Positions 48,049 to 56,889 of a stretch of 64,000 nt of DNA are shown one piece after another. Position numbers and translations under genes: made by a program. The stretch spans positions 960,001 through 1,024,000 of the forward strand of contig OZ241883.1 in NCBI GenBank assembly GCA_965203445.1. The letters run 5' to 3'. Position 1 is the stretch's first letter. The number at the start of each line of letters is the position of its first letter. The DNA comes from Candidatus Oxydemutator sp. (GTDB lineage: Bacteria; Pseudomonadota; Gammaproteobacteria; Poriferisulfidales; Oxydemutatoraceae). The notes below the pieces were generated by a model. That model was not told the origin of the DNA. It saw only the letters and a program-made list of their open reading frames with translations, and ran no database searches.

Positions 48049-49503
48049 ATGACGTCTCTGCTCCCGGTGCAGCGCGTGCTGGGCATCCTGCTGATGTTGT
48101 TCAGCCTGACGATGTTGGTGCCGGCGGCCGTGGATCTGTGGTACCGGGAAGGCAGCGCGCGCTCCTTCGTCGTCTCGTTCGCGTTGTTGCTGGGCGTCGG
48201 CCTGCTGGCGTGGTCGCCGGCGCGCCACTGCCGCGCCGGCCTCAACCTGAAAGAGGCTTTTTTGATCGTCGTGCTGGCGTGGAGCGTCATCGGCGTCGCC
48301 GGCGCCCTGCCGCTGTATCTGCTGCCCGAACCGCGTCTGGCGCCGTCCGACGCGGTCTTCGAGGCGATCTCGGGGCTTACGACCACCGGCGCCACGGTGT
48401 TGCAGGGGCTGGACTCGCTGCCGCGCGCGGTGTTGTTCTACCGCCAGTTTCTGCAATGGCTGGGAGGGCTGGGCATCATCGTCATCGCCATCGCCATCGC
48501 GCCGGTGCTCGGTATCGGCGGCATGCAGTTGTACCGCACCAACCTGCTGTCCGACGCCGGCGACACCAGGCTGATGCCGCGCATCGGCGACACCGCGCGC
48601 GGCCTGATGAGCGTGTACCTGCTGCTGACGGTGCTGTGCGCGGGCGCCTACCTGCTCGCCGGGATGCCCGCGTTCGACGCGGTCGGGCATGCGTTCTCGA
48701 CCATTGCGATCGGCGGTTTTTCGACGCACGACGCCAACTTTGGCCACTACGCCGAGCGTCCGGCGGTGCTGGCCACGGCCATCGTCTTCATGCTGATCGC
48801 CGGCATGAATTTCGGTCTGCACTTCATCGCCTGGCGGCGGCGCACGGTCGCCTGCTACCTCAGGGACACCGAGTGGCGCGTGTTCCTGTCGGTGATCGTC
48901 GCCATCGCGCTGGTGACGGTCGCCTATCTGGCGGTGGTCGGGAATTACGGCGTCGGCGACTCGCTCCTGCTGGGCGCGTTCCACGCGATCTCGATCACGA
49001 CGACCACCGGCTTCACCGCCGCGCCGCACCACGCGTGGCCCGGATTCATACCGATGCTGCTGTTGTTCGCCAGTTTCATCGGCGGCTGCGCCGGCTCGAC
49101 CGGCGGCGGCATCAAGGTCATCCGCTTCTGGCTGCTGCTGAAGCAGGGGCTGGCGGAAATGGTGCAACTGGTGCACCCGGACGCGAAGGTGCCTGTCAAG
49201 GTCAACAACAAGGCGCTCGACGGCAGGGTCGTGCGCGCGGTGTGGGGGTTTTTCTCGGCCTACGTGGGTTCGTTGATCGTCGTTGCGCTGTTGCTGATGG
49301 GCGCCGGGCTCGACCAGGAGACCGCCTTTTCCGCCGCCGCCGCCTCGATCAACAACCTGGGCCCGGGTCTCGGCGACGTCGCGCAGAATTACGCCGGCGT
49401 CAACACGTTCTGCAAGTGGGTGCTGTGTTTCTCGATGCTGCTTGGCCGGCTAGAGGTGTTTGCGCTGTTGATCCTGTTCACGCCGACGTTCTGGCGAAAG
49501 TAG
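48049..49503 (+). CDS. trkH: Trk potassium uptake membrane subunit
   Basis: SGLTTTGAT, QWLGGLG, GGCAGSTGGGIK, MLLGRLE. Confidence 0.95.
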   Translation: MTSLLPVQRVLGILLMLFSLTMLVPAAVDLWYREGSARSFVVSFALLLGVGLLAWSPARHCRAGLNLKEAFLIVVLAWSVIGVAGALPLYLLPEPRLAPSDAVFEAISGLTTTGATVLQGLDSLPRAVLFYRQFLQWLGGLGIIVIAIAIAPVLGIGGMQLYRTNLLSDAGDTRLMPRIGDTARGLMSVYLLLTVLCAGAYLLAGMPAFDAVGHAFSTIAIGGFSTHDANFGHYAERPAVLATAIVFMLIAGMNFGLHFIAWRRRTVACYLRDTEWRVFLSVIVAIALVTVAYLAVVGNYGVGDSLLLGAFHAISITTTTGFTAAPHHAWPGFIPMLLLFASFIGGCAGSTGGGIKVIRFWLLLKQGLAEMVQLVHPDAKVPVKVNNKALDGRVVRAVWGFFSAYVGSLIVVALLLMGAGLDQETAFSAAAASINNLGPGLGDVAQNYAGVNTFCKWVLCFSMLLGRLEVFALLILFTPTFWRK

Positions 49504-49619
49504 CCCCCTGTGGTATCCTTACGGTATGTGCCTGGTTTCGTGGACGGCCATGCAACGGACGCCATGGCGGGCGGCATAAGTATCATAAAAACCGTTATTC
49601 AGAGGAGTCGAAACAAACA

Positions 49620-50324
49620 GTGAACAAGAATTTCAAACTGAAAAAATCCAGCAGTCTGGTCTCTGCGGCGCTGGCGGGCGGTCTGGCCGTCACCGGGAGC
49701 GTCGGCGCCGAAGAGGGAAGCCTGTTCGTAGCCGACGAATTGCCCGTGGGCTATATGTACGCCGACGCCCATGGAGCCGAAGGCAAGTGCGGCGAAGGCA
49801 AGTGCGGCGAGGGCAAGTGCGGCGAGGGTATGCGTAAGGCCAAAGGTATGGAAGGCAGATGCGGCGAGGACAAGCACAAGGCAGGCATGCACAAGGCCAA
49901 GGACGCGGAAGGCAAGTGTGGCGAGGGCAAGTGCGGCGAGGGCAAGTGCGGCGAAAGCATGCACAAGGCCAAGGGCATGGAAGGCAGATGCGGCGAGGAC
50001 GAGCACAAGGCGGGCATGCACAAGGCCAAGGACGCGGAAGGCAAGTGTGGCGAAGGCAAATGCGGCGAGGGCAAGTGCGGCGAAAGCATGCACAAGACCG
50101 AGGGCATGAGCGGCAAAGCCAAGGGTATGGAAGGCAAATGCGGTGAGGGCAAGTGCGGCGAAGGCAAATGTGGCGAAGGCAAGTGCGGCGAGGGCAAGTG
50201 CGGTGAGGGCAAATGTGGCGAAGGCAAGTGCGGCGAGGGCAAGTGCGGTGAGGGCAAATGTGGCGAAGGCAAGTGCGGCGAGGGCAAATGTGGCGAAGGC
50301 AAGTGCGGCGAGGACAAGAAATAG
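49620..50324 (+). CDS. Secreted EGKCG-repeat protein (HvfA/oxazolin-like RiPP metallophore precursor)
   Basis: Signal peptide, then 21 EGKCG + 2 EGRCG with His/Met/Lys-rich linkers; GAGGAG RBS. Confidence 0.88.
   Translation: MNKNFKLKKSSSLVSAALAGGLAVTGSVGAEEGSLFVADELPVGYMYADAHGAEGKCGEGKCGEGKCGEGMRKAKGMEGRCGEDKHKAGMHKAKDAEGKCGEGKCGEGKCGESMHKAKGMEGRCGEDEHKAGMHKAKDAEGKCGEGKCGEGKCGESMHKTEGMSGKAKGMEGKCGEGKCGEGKCGEGKCGEGKCGEGKCGEGKCGEGKCGEGKCGEGKCGEGKCGEGKCGEDKK
50130..50309 (+). repeat. 12 x 15-bp coding tandem repeat (EGKCG)
   Basis: GARGGCAARTGYGGY units differing only at third codon positions. Confidence 0.95.
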
Positions 50325-50353
50325 AAAGCCGCTAATAATTTCCCTCGACCATC

Positions 50354-50388
50354 GAACTGCCTCCCCTGTGCGGGAGGCAGTTCTTTTT
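50354..50388 (+). terminator. Rho-independent terminator
   Basis: GAACTGCCTCCC...GGGAGGCAGTTC followed by TTTTT. Confidence 0.88.
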
Positions 50389-50435
50389 CGGGGTTCTTTC
50401 GGGGGCCAGTTCTTAGGCCCGACTAGGCCCGACGC

Positions 50436-51038
50436 TTATCGGTAAATCAGCTCCACCCGCCGGTTCAAGGCGCTTCCCTGTTTGCCGTCTTCGCGGGCCG
50501 CCGGCTGTTCTTCGCCGAGGCCGACGGTCTCGATTTGCGACGGGGATGCCCCCATCTGGATCAACACCTGCGCGACGGCCTGTGCCCGGCGCATAGACAG
50601 GCGTTTGTTGTAGTCGTCCGGCGCGACCGAATCCGTGTGGCCTTCCAGGCGCACGCTCAGATCGGGGTTGGCCTGCAAGTACTGCGCGTGCAGTTGCAGG
50701 ACGTTCAGGCCGTTCGCGCCCACGGTCTCGCTCTTATAGTCGAAGTAGATCGCGTCCTGACGCGGTGTACCGGCGCGCGTGGCCTCATCGTCCGCCAGCG
50801 GTTCGTCGCCGTATTCGTCGCCCTCTACATCATCATCCACGAACTCGTCCTCTCCAAAGTCCTCCTCGAATTCCTCTTCTTCGAGTTCTTCCTCGAGCTC
50901 CTCCTCTTCCAGCGCATCCGCGTCCGCAACCACTTCTTCTTCGTCGTCGGACAGCCAGTCCCACGTTTTGGACATGGCGGAGCAGCCCGCGAGGGCGAAA
51001 GCCGTCAGCGTGATGATCAAAAGTCTTTTTGTGTCCAT
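50436..51038 (-). CDS. OmpA/Pal-like peptidoglycan-binding lipoprotein with acidic linker
   Basis: LAGC lipobox, IYFDY, LEGHTD, NKRLSMRRA, NRRVE. Confidence 0.9.
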   Translation of the reverse strand: MDTKRLLIITLTAFALAGCSAMSKTWDWLSDDEEEVVADADALEEEELEEELEEEEFEEDFGEDEFVDDDVEGDEYGDEPLADDEATRAGTPRQDAIYFDYKSETVGANGLNVLQLHAQYLQANPDLSVRLEGHTDSVAPDDYNKRLSMRRAQAVAQVLIQMGASPSQIETVGLGEEQPAAREDGKQGSALNRRVELIYR

Positions 51039-51213
51039 TGGGTTTCCTTTTTCTGTTCGAGGCGCGTTCGCGCGCCGTCTTGTGGAACCGAGGGTCCGTC
51101 GCTATAATGCGAATTATAGCGCGCTTCGCTGAAACTGGGAAACAGACACGCGGAGTGCGCCGGTTCCGGTCTGGGGCGCCACCGCGCGGCCGACGGTTCC
51201 GTGCATATATCCG

Positions 51214-53064
51214 TTGGGGGCTGCATTGTTCAAGGCGCTTAACAGAATCTTCATCTTGCTGGGCAAACGCGGCACGTTGCAGACGGGTGCCGTGTCGCTG
51301 GTGCTTTTGTCCGGCACGTTTTTGCAATTCCTGCCCATTCTGGTGGTGCTGCCCATCATACGCATCATCACCAGGCCGGGCGAGCCGCTTTCTCCGCGCC
51401 TGCTGGAGATCATTCCCGAGGGTTGGCAGGGGTTTATCAACAACCTGCTGACGCAGACGGATTATCAGACGCTGGTTGTCGGCATGGTTTTGTTCGCGGT
51501 GGTCGTGCAGCTGGTGGAGGGGTTTTTCTCTATCTGGTTGAACAATTTCCAGCACTCGTTTTTGTTCAGAAAAAAACTCGGTTTGTCGAAGGAGATGTTC
51601 CGAAGATATCTGGCCACCCCGCGCATCAGCCACCGCGACCCGGTCAACGACATCGAGGACGGCAGCGGCAGCCTCGGTATGATACTGGCAAATATCATGA
51701 GCATATTTCAAAACGGTATTTTATTTATGGCCTCGTTTGCCACGATTGTGTTCCTGTACCCTCTTCCCGGGCTGGCCGGGTTCGTGTTTTTGATAATTAC
51801 CGCGCTGTTTGTGTTGTTGATGTTCAAGCCGATGTTGCAGAACTTTGGCGAGCAAAAAATCAGGAGACTCGAGAAAAGGCGCTATGGCTTGGGTGATGAA
51901 ATGATGGCCATCAAGGAAATCAAGGTGCTCGGTCGTGAGAAGCGTTTTTTCGACAGTTTTGTCGAAAACGCGACGATACGCGAGAGGAATACCCGCATAA
52001 GGGCGGTGATAGACCACTCCTCGGGCGCGATATTTGCGAGCCTGCGTTTTTTGAGTCTGCTCATCGGTTTTTTTGTCGCGTTGTTGCAGGGTTTGTCGAG
52101 CACCGCGCTGGTGTCTTTTCTGTTCGCCTATACCATCGTGATTATGAGGGCGGGCGGATATCTCAGTGCCGTCATCGGCGCCGTAATCGGCATAAAAACC
52201 ACCAGCAGCCGTTTCAATTTGTGCTACGAGACCCTGGAGAAGCTCAAGGTCTCGGAAGTAGAACAAGCCGGTGCGCCGCTGAATTTCCGCGAAAGCATCG
52301 AATTGAAGGAGGCGTCATACCGCTATCCCGCCGCCCGCGGGAGCGCTTTGGAGCAGGTCAGTCTGCGCATCCGCAAGGGAGAATGTATCGGCATCATCGG
52401 TAGAAACGGTTCCGGAAAAACGACGCTGATAGACGTCATAACGGGTTTGGCGCGGCCCAGCGACGGCATGGTGCTGATCGACGGCGTCGAGTTGGCGCCG
52501 GAGAACGTGCGCGACTGGCAAAGACGCATTGGTTACGTGGTGCAGAACCCGCACGTTATAGACAATACGGTGTTCGCCAATATAGCGCTCGGCTTGAATC
52601 CGGAGGAAGTGGACGACAAACGTATGCAGGAAGTCGTCGAAATCACGAAACTCGACGAGGTCGTCCGCGAACTGCCGAACGGTCTGCAAACCGTCGTCGG
52701 GCAGAAAGGTTCGAGGCTTTCGGGAGGCCAGGCGCAACGCTTGGGCATCGCCCGCGCCCTCTACCGCGAGACGGAGATCATCATCCTCGACGAGGCGACA
52801 AAATCCATAGATCCGCAAAACGAGGCCGACATCATAGACAACGTCGCGCACCGGAGGGACGCGAGGACCATCATCATGGTGACGCACAAACCGCAGACCT
52901 TGCGGCGCTGCGACAGGGTGTACGTGCTTGAGGGCGGCCGCATTGCCAGACAGGGAAGCTACCGGGAAGTGGTGGGGGACGACCCCGCGCTGAGACGCGC
53001 CATGCAGGACGATGGTGCGGCGCCCGCGCCCCCGCCCGGTGCCGCTGCCTTGCAGGGCGTCTGA
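51214..53064 (+). CDS. ABC exporter, fused TMD-NBD (PglK/MsbA-like); start uncertain
   Basis: GRNGSGKT, LSGGQAQR, ILDEAT, VTH. Confidence 0.88.
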   Translation: MGAALFKALNRIFILLGKRGTLQTGAVSLVLLSGTFLQFLPILVVLPIIRIITRPGEPLSPRLLEIIPEGWQGFINNLLTQTDYQTLVVGMVLFAVVVQLVEGFFSIWLNNFQHSFLFRKKLGLSKEMFRRYLATPRISHRDPVNDIEDGSGSLGMILANIMSIFQNGILFMASFATIVFLYPLPGLAGFVFLIITALFVLLMFKPMLQNFGEQKIRRLEKRRYGLGDEMMAIKEIKVLGREKRFFDSFVENATIRERNTRIRAVIDHSSGAIFASLRFLSLLIGFFVALLQGLSSTALVSFLFAYTIVIMRAGGYLSAVIGAVIGIKTTSSRFNLCYETLEKLKVSEVEQAGAPLNFRESIELKEASYRYPAARGSALEQVSLRIRKGECIGIIGRNGSGKTTLIDVITGLARPSDGMVLIDGVELAPENVRDWQRRIGYVVQNPHVIDNTVFANIALGLNPEEVDDKRMQEVVEITKLDEVVRELPNGLQTVVGQKGSRLSGGQAQRLGIARALYRETEIIILDEATKSIDPQNEADIIDNVAHRRDARTIIMVTHKPQTLRRCDRVYVLEGGRIARQGSYREVVGDDPALRRAMQDDGAAPAPPPGAAALQGV

Positions 53065-53102
53065 TTGACTCTCCCCCCGGATCCCGGCAGGCACAAAAAC
53101 GA

Positions 53103-53549
53103 CTACTTGTCTTTACCGCGTCTGCGCCGCCGCCGGCCTTCGTAGCGCCCGATTCCGCGCACGACTTCGCCGAAAGGCAGCCTCTCGAGATTGCCGAAAC
53201 GAGTCGCGGCGGTGCTGACGAGATCGTGCACGTCGCAGCATTGCCGCTGCTCGAGAACCTCGCGTATTCCCGTCAGGCCGCCGTTTTGCACCTTGATCTC
53301 GTGGCCGTGCGGCAGCAGGCCGGCGTCGGTGCGTCCGAGCGCGAAACGCGCCTTGTCCCTGAGCAGCCGCAGCGCCTCACCGCATTGCCGGTGGTGCGCG
53401 GGCGAGCGGCAGGCGACGCCTTCGCGGTCGGCAAGGTTGAAGCGGTGCGACTGGGCGCAGCGGAACACGCGCGAGTTGAGCGCTTTTTCAAAGTGGCAGC
53501 GTCGCCGGTTGACGACGGCGTAGATGCGCCGGAATTCTTTCTCATCCAT
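53103..53549 (-). CDS. Cys-containing hypothetical protein
   Basis: Coding-like ORF co-oriented with the operon; CHFEKA, LPHGHEIKVQNGG. Confidence 0.65.
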   Translation of the reverse strand: MDEKEFRRIYAVVNRRRCHFEKALNSRVFRCAQSHRFNLADREGVACRSPAHHRQCGEALRLLRDKARFALGRTDAGLLPHGHEIKVQNGGLTGIREVLEQRQCCDVHDLVSTAATRFGNLERLPFGEVVRGIGRYEGRRRRRRGKDK

Positions 53550-53588
53550 CGCCCGGTGCCACTTGCGCGCCGGCGGCCCCGGCGCGGC

Positions 53589-53834
53589 TTATTTCTCCCA
53601 TTCCCGCAGAATCGGCGCTTCGCGTTTTGCGGACAGCAGGTCCGCGGCCTCGGTCTCGTCGGCCGCGAACACCATCCTGACGACGCAATCGTCGTCGTCG
53701 CTCTCGTCCGCCGCCAGTTGCGCGCGCAGTCGGCGCGCCTGTAATTTGGCCTCCTGGAAAGCGTCGAAGCGGGTGATGTACTCGAGCGCCGACAAGCCGG
53801 CGCGCTGATGGATTTTGTACAGAAAATACGGCAC
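53589..53834 (-). CDS. Small hypothetical protein
   Basis: GTG start 2 nt after the ugd stop; MPYFLYKI...APILREWEK. Confidence 0.6.
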   Translation of the reverse strand: MPYFLYKIHQRAGLSALEYITRFDAFQEAKLQARRLRAQLAADESDDDDCVVRMVFAADETEAADLLSAKREAPILREWEK

Positions 53835-53836
53835 GT

Positions 53837-55186
53837 TCAGGTCTCCCGAGGCGTCTTTGGCGTCGGCGCGGGCGGCGCGCCCACCGAATAATAGCGAAAT
53901 CCGATCGCGCGCATGCGCGCGCCGTCGCACAGGTTTCTAAAATCATACACGAGGTCGCCGTCCATCGCGTTCTTGACGCGCCGCCAGTCGAGGGCGCGGA
54001 ACTCGTCCCAGTCGGTGACCAACACCAGCGCGTCGGCGCCCGTGGCCGCGTCCAACGCGTCGTCGCAGTAGCGCGCGCCGGGTGCGACGCGCCGCGCCGC
54101 CGCGCCGCCGGCGGGGTCGTAGGCCGCCACCGAGGCGCCGCCTTGTTGCAGGCCGGCGATCAGGTCGAGGCTGGGCGACGAACGCACGTCGTCGGTGCCG
54201 GGCTTGAAGGTCAGCCCCAACACCGCGACGCTCCTGCCGGACAAGCCACCGAGCGCGTGCGCGACCCTGCCGGCCAGTCCCTTTCTCCTGGCTTCGTTTG
54301 CCCGCACCGCGCTCTCGAGTATCGAGAGCGCGACGCCGTGATCGCGCCCGGCGGCCAACAAGCCGCGCGTGTCCTTCGGAAAGCACGAGCCGCCGTAACC
54401 GGGGCCGGCCCGCAGAAAATCCGCGCCGATGCGCGGATCGAGGCCGATGCCCTGGGCCACGCCGCCTACGTCGAGGCCGAGCGCCTCACACAGATCGGCG
54501 ATCTCGTTGATGAAGCCGAGCTTGGTCGCAAGAAAGGCGTTGGCGCCGTATTTGATCAATTCGGCGCCGGCGGTGCCGGTGTACACGAACGCGACGCCCT
54601 GCTTGTGCAGCGGTTCATACAAAGCGTCCATGACGCGGCGGCCGGCGTCGCCGTCGGCGCCTATGACGACGCGGTGAGGGCGCATGAAATCTCCGACCGC
54701 GGTGCCCTCCCTCAGAAACTCGGGGTTGGCCACCATGTCGAAACGTGCGCCGGCGTCGCCGTTGTGCGCCGCCGCGCGCGCGACGATCTCGCGCAGCGCC
54801 TCGCAGGTCCCGACCGGCACCGTGGACTTCACCGCGACCACCGTGTGATCGCCGAACGCGGGCACCGCGGCCGCGGCCGCGGCCGTCACCATCGCCGCAT
54901 CGGGATAGCCGTCGCTGCCGGGCGGCGTGTCCACCGCGAGCAGGATCACCTGCGCGGCTTTTGCGCGCTCGTTGTGGCAACTGCCGCAAAAGGACAGGCG
55001 TCCGGCACCGACGTTGGCGGCGACCAGCTCGGCGAGACGTGGTTCGTGCACGGGCACGTCGCCGGCGGCGAGGCGGCGCACCTTGTCGGCGTCCTTGTCG
55101 ACGCAGACGACGGTGTTGCCCCACTCGGCGAGGCACGCGCCCGAGACCAGCCCGACGTAACCGGCCCCGACGACGACGACCTTCAT
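53837..55186 (-). CDS. ugd: UDP-glucose 6-dehydrogenase
   Basis: GAGYVG, KSTVPVG, NPEFLREG, GYGGSCFPKD. Confidence 0.94.
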   Translation of the reverse strand: MKVVVVGAGYVGLVSGACLAEWGNTVVCVDKDADKVRRLAAGDVPVHEPRLAELVAANVGAGRLSFCGSCHNERAKAAQVILLAVDTPPGSDGYPDAAMVTAAAAAAVPAFGDHTVVAVKSTVPVGTCEALREIVARAAAHNGDAGARFDMVANPEFLREGTAVGDFMRPHRVVIGADGDAGRRVMDALYEPLHKQGVAFVYTGTAGAELIKYGANAFLATKLGFINEIADLCEALGLDVGGVAQGIGLDPRIGADFLRAGPGYGGSCFPKDTRGLLAAGRDHGVALSILESAVRANEARRKGLAGRVAHALGGLSGRSVAVLGLTFKPGTDDVRSSPSLDLIAGLQQGGASVAAYDPAGGAAARRVAPGARYCDDALDAATGADALVLVTDWDEFRALDWRRVKNAMDGDLVYDFRNLCDGARMRAIGFRYYSVGAPPAPTPKTPRET

Positions 55187-55187
55187 G

Positions 55188-56138
55188 TCAGGTACGTTGC
55201 GCGCCGTGGTACAGATTGACGACGTGGCGCGCTTCGGCGAAGAACAACCAGCGCTCGATAAAGATGCCGGCGACGGACGACAGCAGCGCGAACAAGGCGA
55301 CGGGCCAGTGCGCCGCCCGCGCCAGGGCGATGGTGATCAGCAGCGCCGGCAGCGCGAAGCCGAACACGAACACCAGCCGGCGCAGTAGCGCGCTTTGTTC
55401 CCGCGCCAGGCGGTAGCCGAACTCCTCGGTCAGGAAGGTTCCGGCGCCGTGGCCCACGTCGAGCAGGCGCACGGTCGCGCGCGTGAAGCCGGTCGCGGTG
55501 TTGATCGTGGGGCCTTGCGCCGCGCGCTGCGCGGGCGAGGTCCACGCATAGTAGATGAGTTTCATCAGCGCCGCGAGCGCCAGCAGGCCGAGCGCGATCT
55601 CGAACTCGTAGGCCGAAACGCCGGCGCCGGCAAGGTCCTCAATCGTCAGCAGCAACAGGTGGCCGGGCACCAGCGACAACAGGATGTAGTTGGCCGGCGT
55701 CAGCGGCGTGTGCCACTGGCGGATGGTCTTGAGGCAGGCGTAGATCATGCCGGTCGAGAAGATCGTCGCCAGCGCGGCGCCGCCGGTCAGCAGCGACGCC
55801 AGCACCCACAGCGGGTTCGCAAGGTCGTTGCCCTGCGTCCACCACAGCGCCGCGTACGCCAGCGCCAGCGGATAGAAGGTGACCGCGAGCACGCCCTCGC
55901 GCGCGAGCCACGAAGTCTTGAAACGGCTGAACGCGCGCCACGCGTTCCTCGGATTGGCAAGATGGAAGGTCGAGGAGACGAGGCCCACCGTGATCAATAC
56001 GAGACCGGTTATGCAGGCGGCCGCGGCCGTGTCCGCGGACGGTCTTCCGAACAGGCCGGCGACCGACAACACGATGAACAGACCGAAGCCGGTGCCGGAG
56101 ACGACCGTGAAAAAAATGATGGACAGGGCCGGCTGCAT
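55188..56138 (-). CDS. soeC: DmsC-family membrane anchor of sulfite dehydrogenase
   Basis: HLANPRNAWRA, SWLARE, ERWLFFAEARH. Confidence 0.85.
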   Translation of the reverse strand: MQPALSIIFFTVVSGTGFGLFIVLSVAGLFGRPSADTAAAACITGLVLITVGLVSSTFHLANPRNAWRAFSRFKTSWLAREGVLAVTFYPLALAYAALWWTQGNDLANPLWVLASLLTGGAALATIFSTGMIYACLKTIRQWHTPLTPANYILLSLVPGHLLLLTIEDLAGAGVSAYEFEIALGLLALAALMKLIYYAWTSPAQRAAQGPTINTATGFTRATVRLLDVGHGAGTFLTEEFGYRLAREQSALLRRLVFVFGFALPALLITIALARAAHWPVALFALLSSVAGIFIERWLFFAEARHVVNLYHGAQRT

Positions 56139-56169
56139 GGCTGCGCGTAGCGAGGGCGGGTCGGTCGGC

Positions 56170-56889
56170 CTATCGTGTCACGGCGCGGTTGACCCAGTTT
56201 TTGACTCTGGCCGCCAGGCTCTGGCCGTCGTCCGCAAGTTCGGGCTTGGGCGGCGCATCGTGCGCCGGCGCCTTTGCGGTCTCGCGCGGACGCAGGTAGA
56301 TGTTGGTCGGGTTGTAGCCGAGTTCCGGCATCAACTGCTCGCCGCCGCGCTCGCGCACCAGCGTCGCGACTTCGGATTGCGGATCGTCGAGGTCGCCGAA
56401 GAAGCGGGCGTGGGTCGGGCACGTCATCACGCAGGCCGGCTGGCGCTCTTGCTCCGGCAGTTCGTCGTCGTAGATGCGGTCCACGCACAGCGTGCATTTT
56501 TTCATCACGCCGTCCTCGCGGTCGAGTTCGCGCGCGCCGTACGGGCACGCCCACGCGCAGTAGTTGCAGCCCATGCACTTGTCCTGGTCGACGAGCACGA
56601 TGCCGTCCTCGGGGCGCTTGTACGACGCGCCGGTCGGACACACGGTGACGCAGTCGGCGTCCTCGCAGTGCATGCACGACATCGGGAAATGCACGGTCTT
56701 GTTGACCGGATAGTCGCCCACCTCGTAGTGACGGATGCGGTTGAACCAGACGCCGGACGGGTCTTTGCCGAACGGCCGGTAATCGGACAACGGCCCGGTG
56801 GTGCCGGACGTGTTCCACTGTTTGCACGCGACCGCGCAGGCGTTGCAGCCGACGCAAACGTCGAGGTCTATGACCAGCCCCAGTTTCAT
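56170..56889 (-). CDS. soeB: 4Fe-4S subunit of sulfite dehydrogenase
   Basis: Four Cys clusters (CVGCNAC, CMHC, CMGCNYC, CTLC). Confidence 0.87.
   Translation of the reverse strand: MKLGLVIDLDVCVGCNACAVACKQWNTSGTTGPLSDYRPFGKDPSGVWFNRIRHYEVGDYPVNKTVHFPMSCMHCEDADCVTVCPTGASYKRPEDGIVLVDQDKCMGCNYCAWACPYGARELDREDGVMKKCTLCVDRIYDDELPEQERQPACVMTCPTHARFFGDLDDPQSEVATLVRERGGEQLMPELGYNPTNIYLRPRETAKAPAHDAPPKPELADDGQSLAARVKNWVNRAVTR

Noticed and set aside
48138-49619. 728-aa ORF N-terminal extension of the EGKCG protein
   Set aside because: Off-frame shadow of trkH; the RBS and signal peptide place the start at 49620
49779-50309. Regular repeats resembling a CRISPR array
   Set aside because: 15-bp units are contiguous, in frame, vary only synonymously and have no spacers; no cas genes nearby
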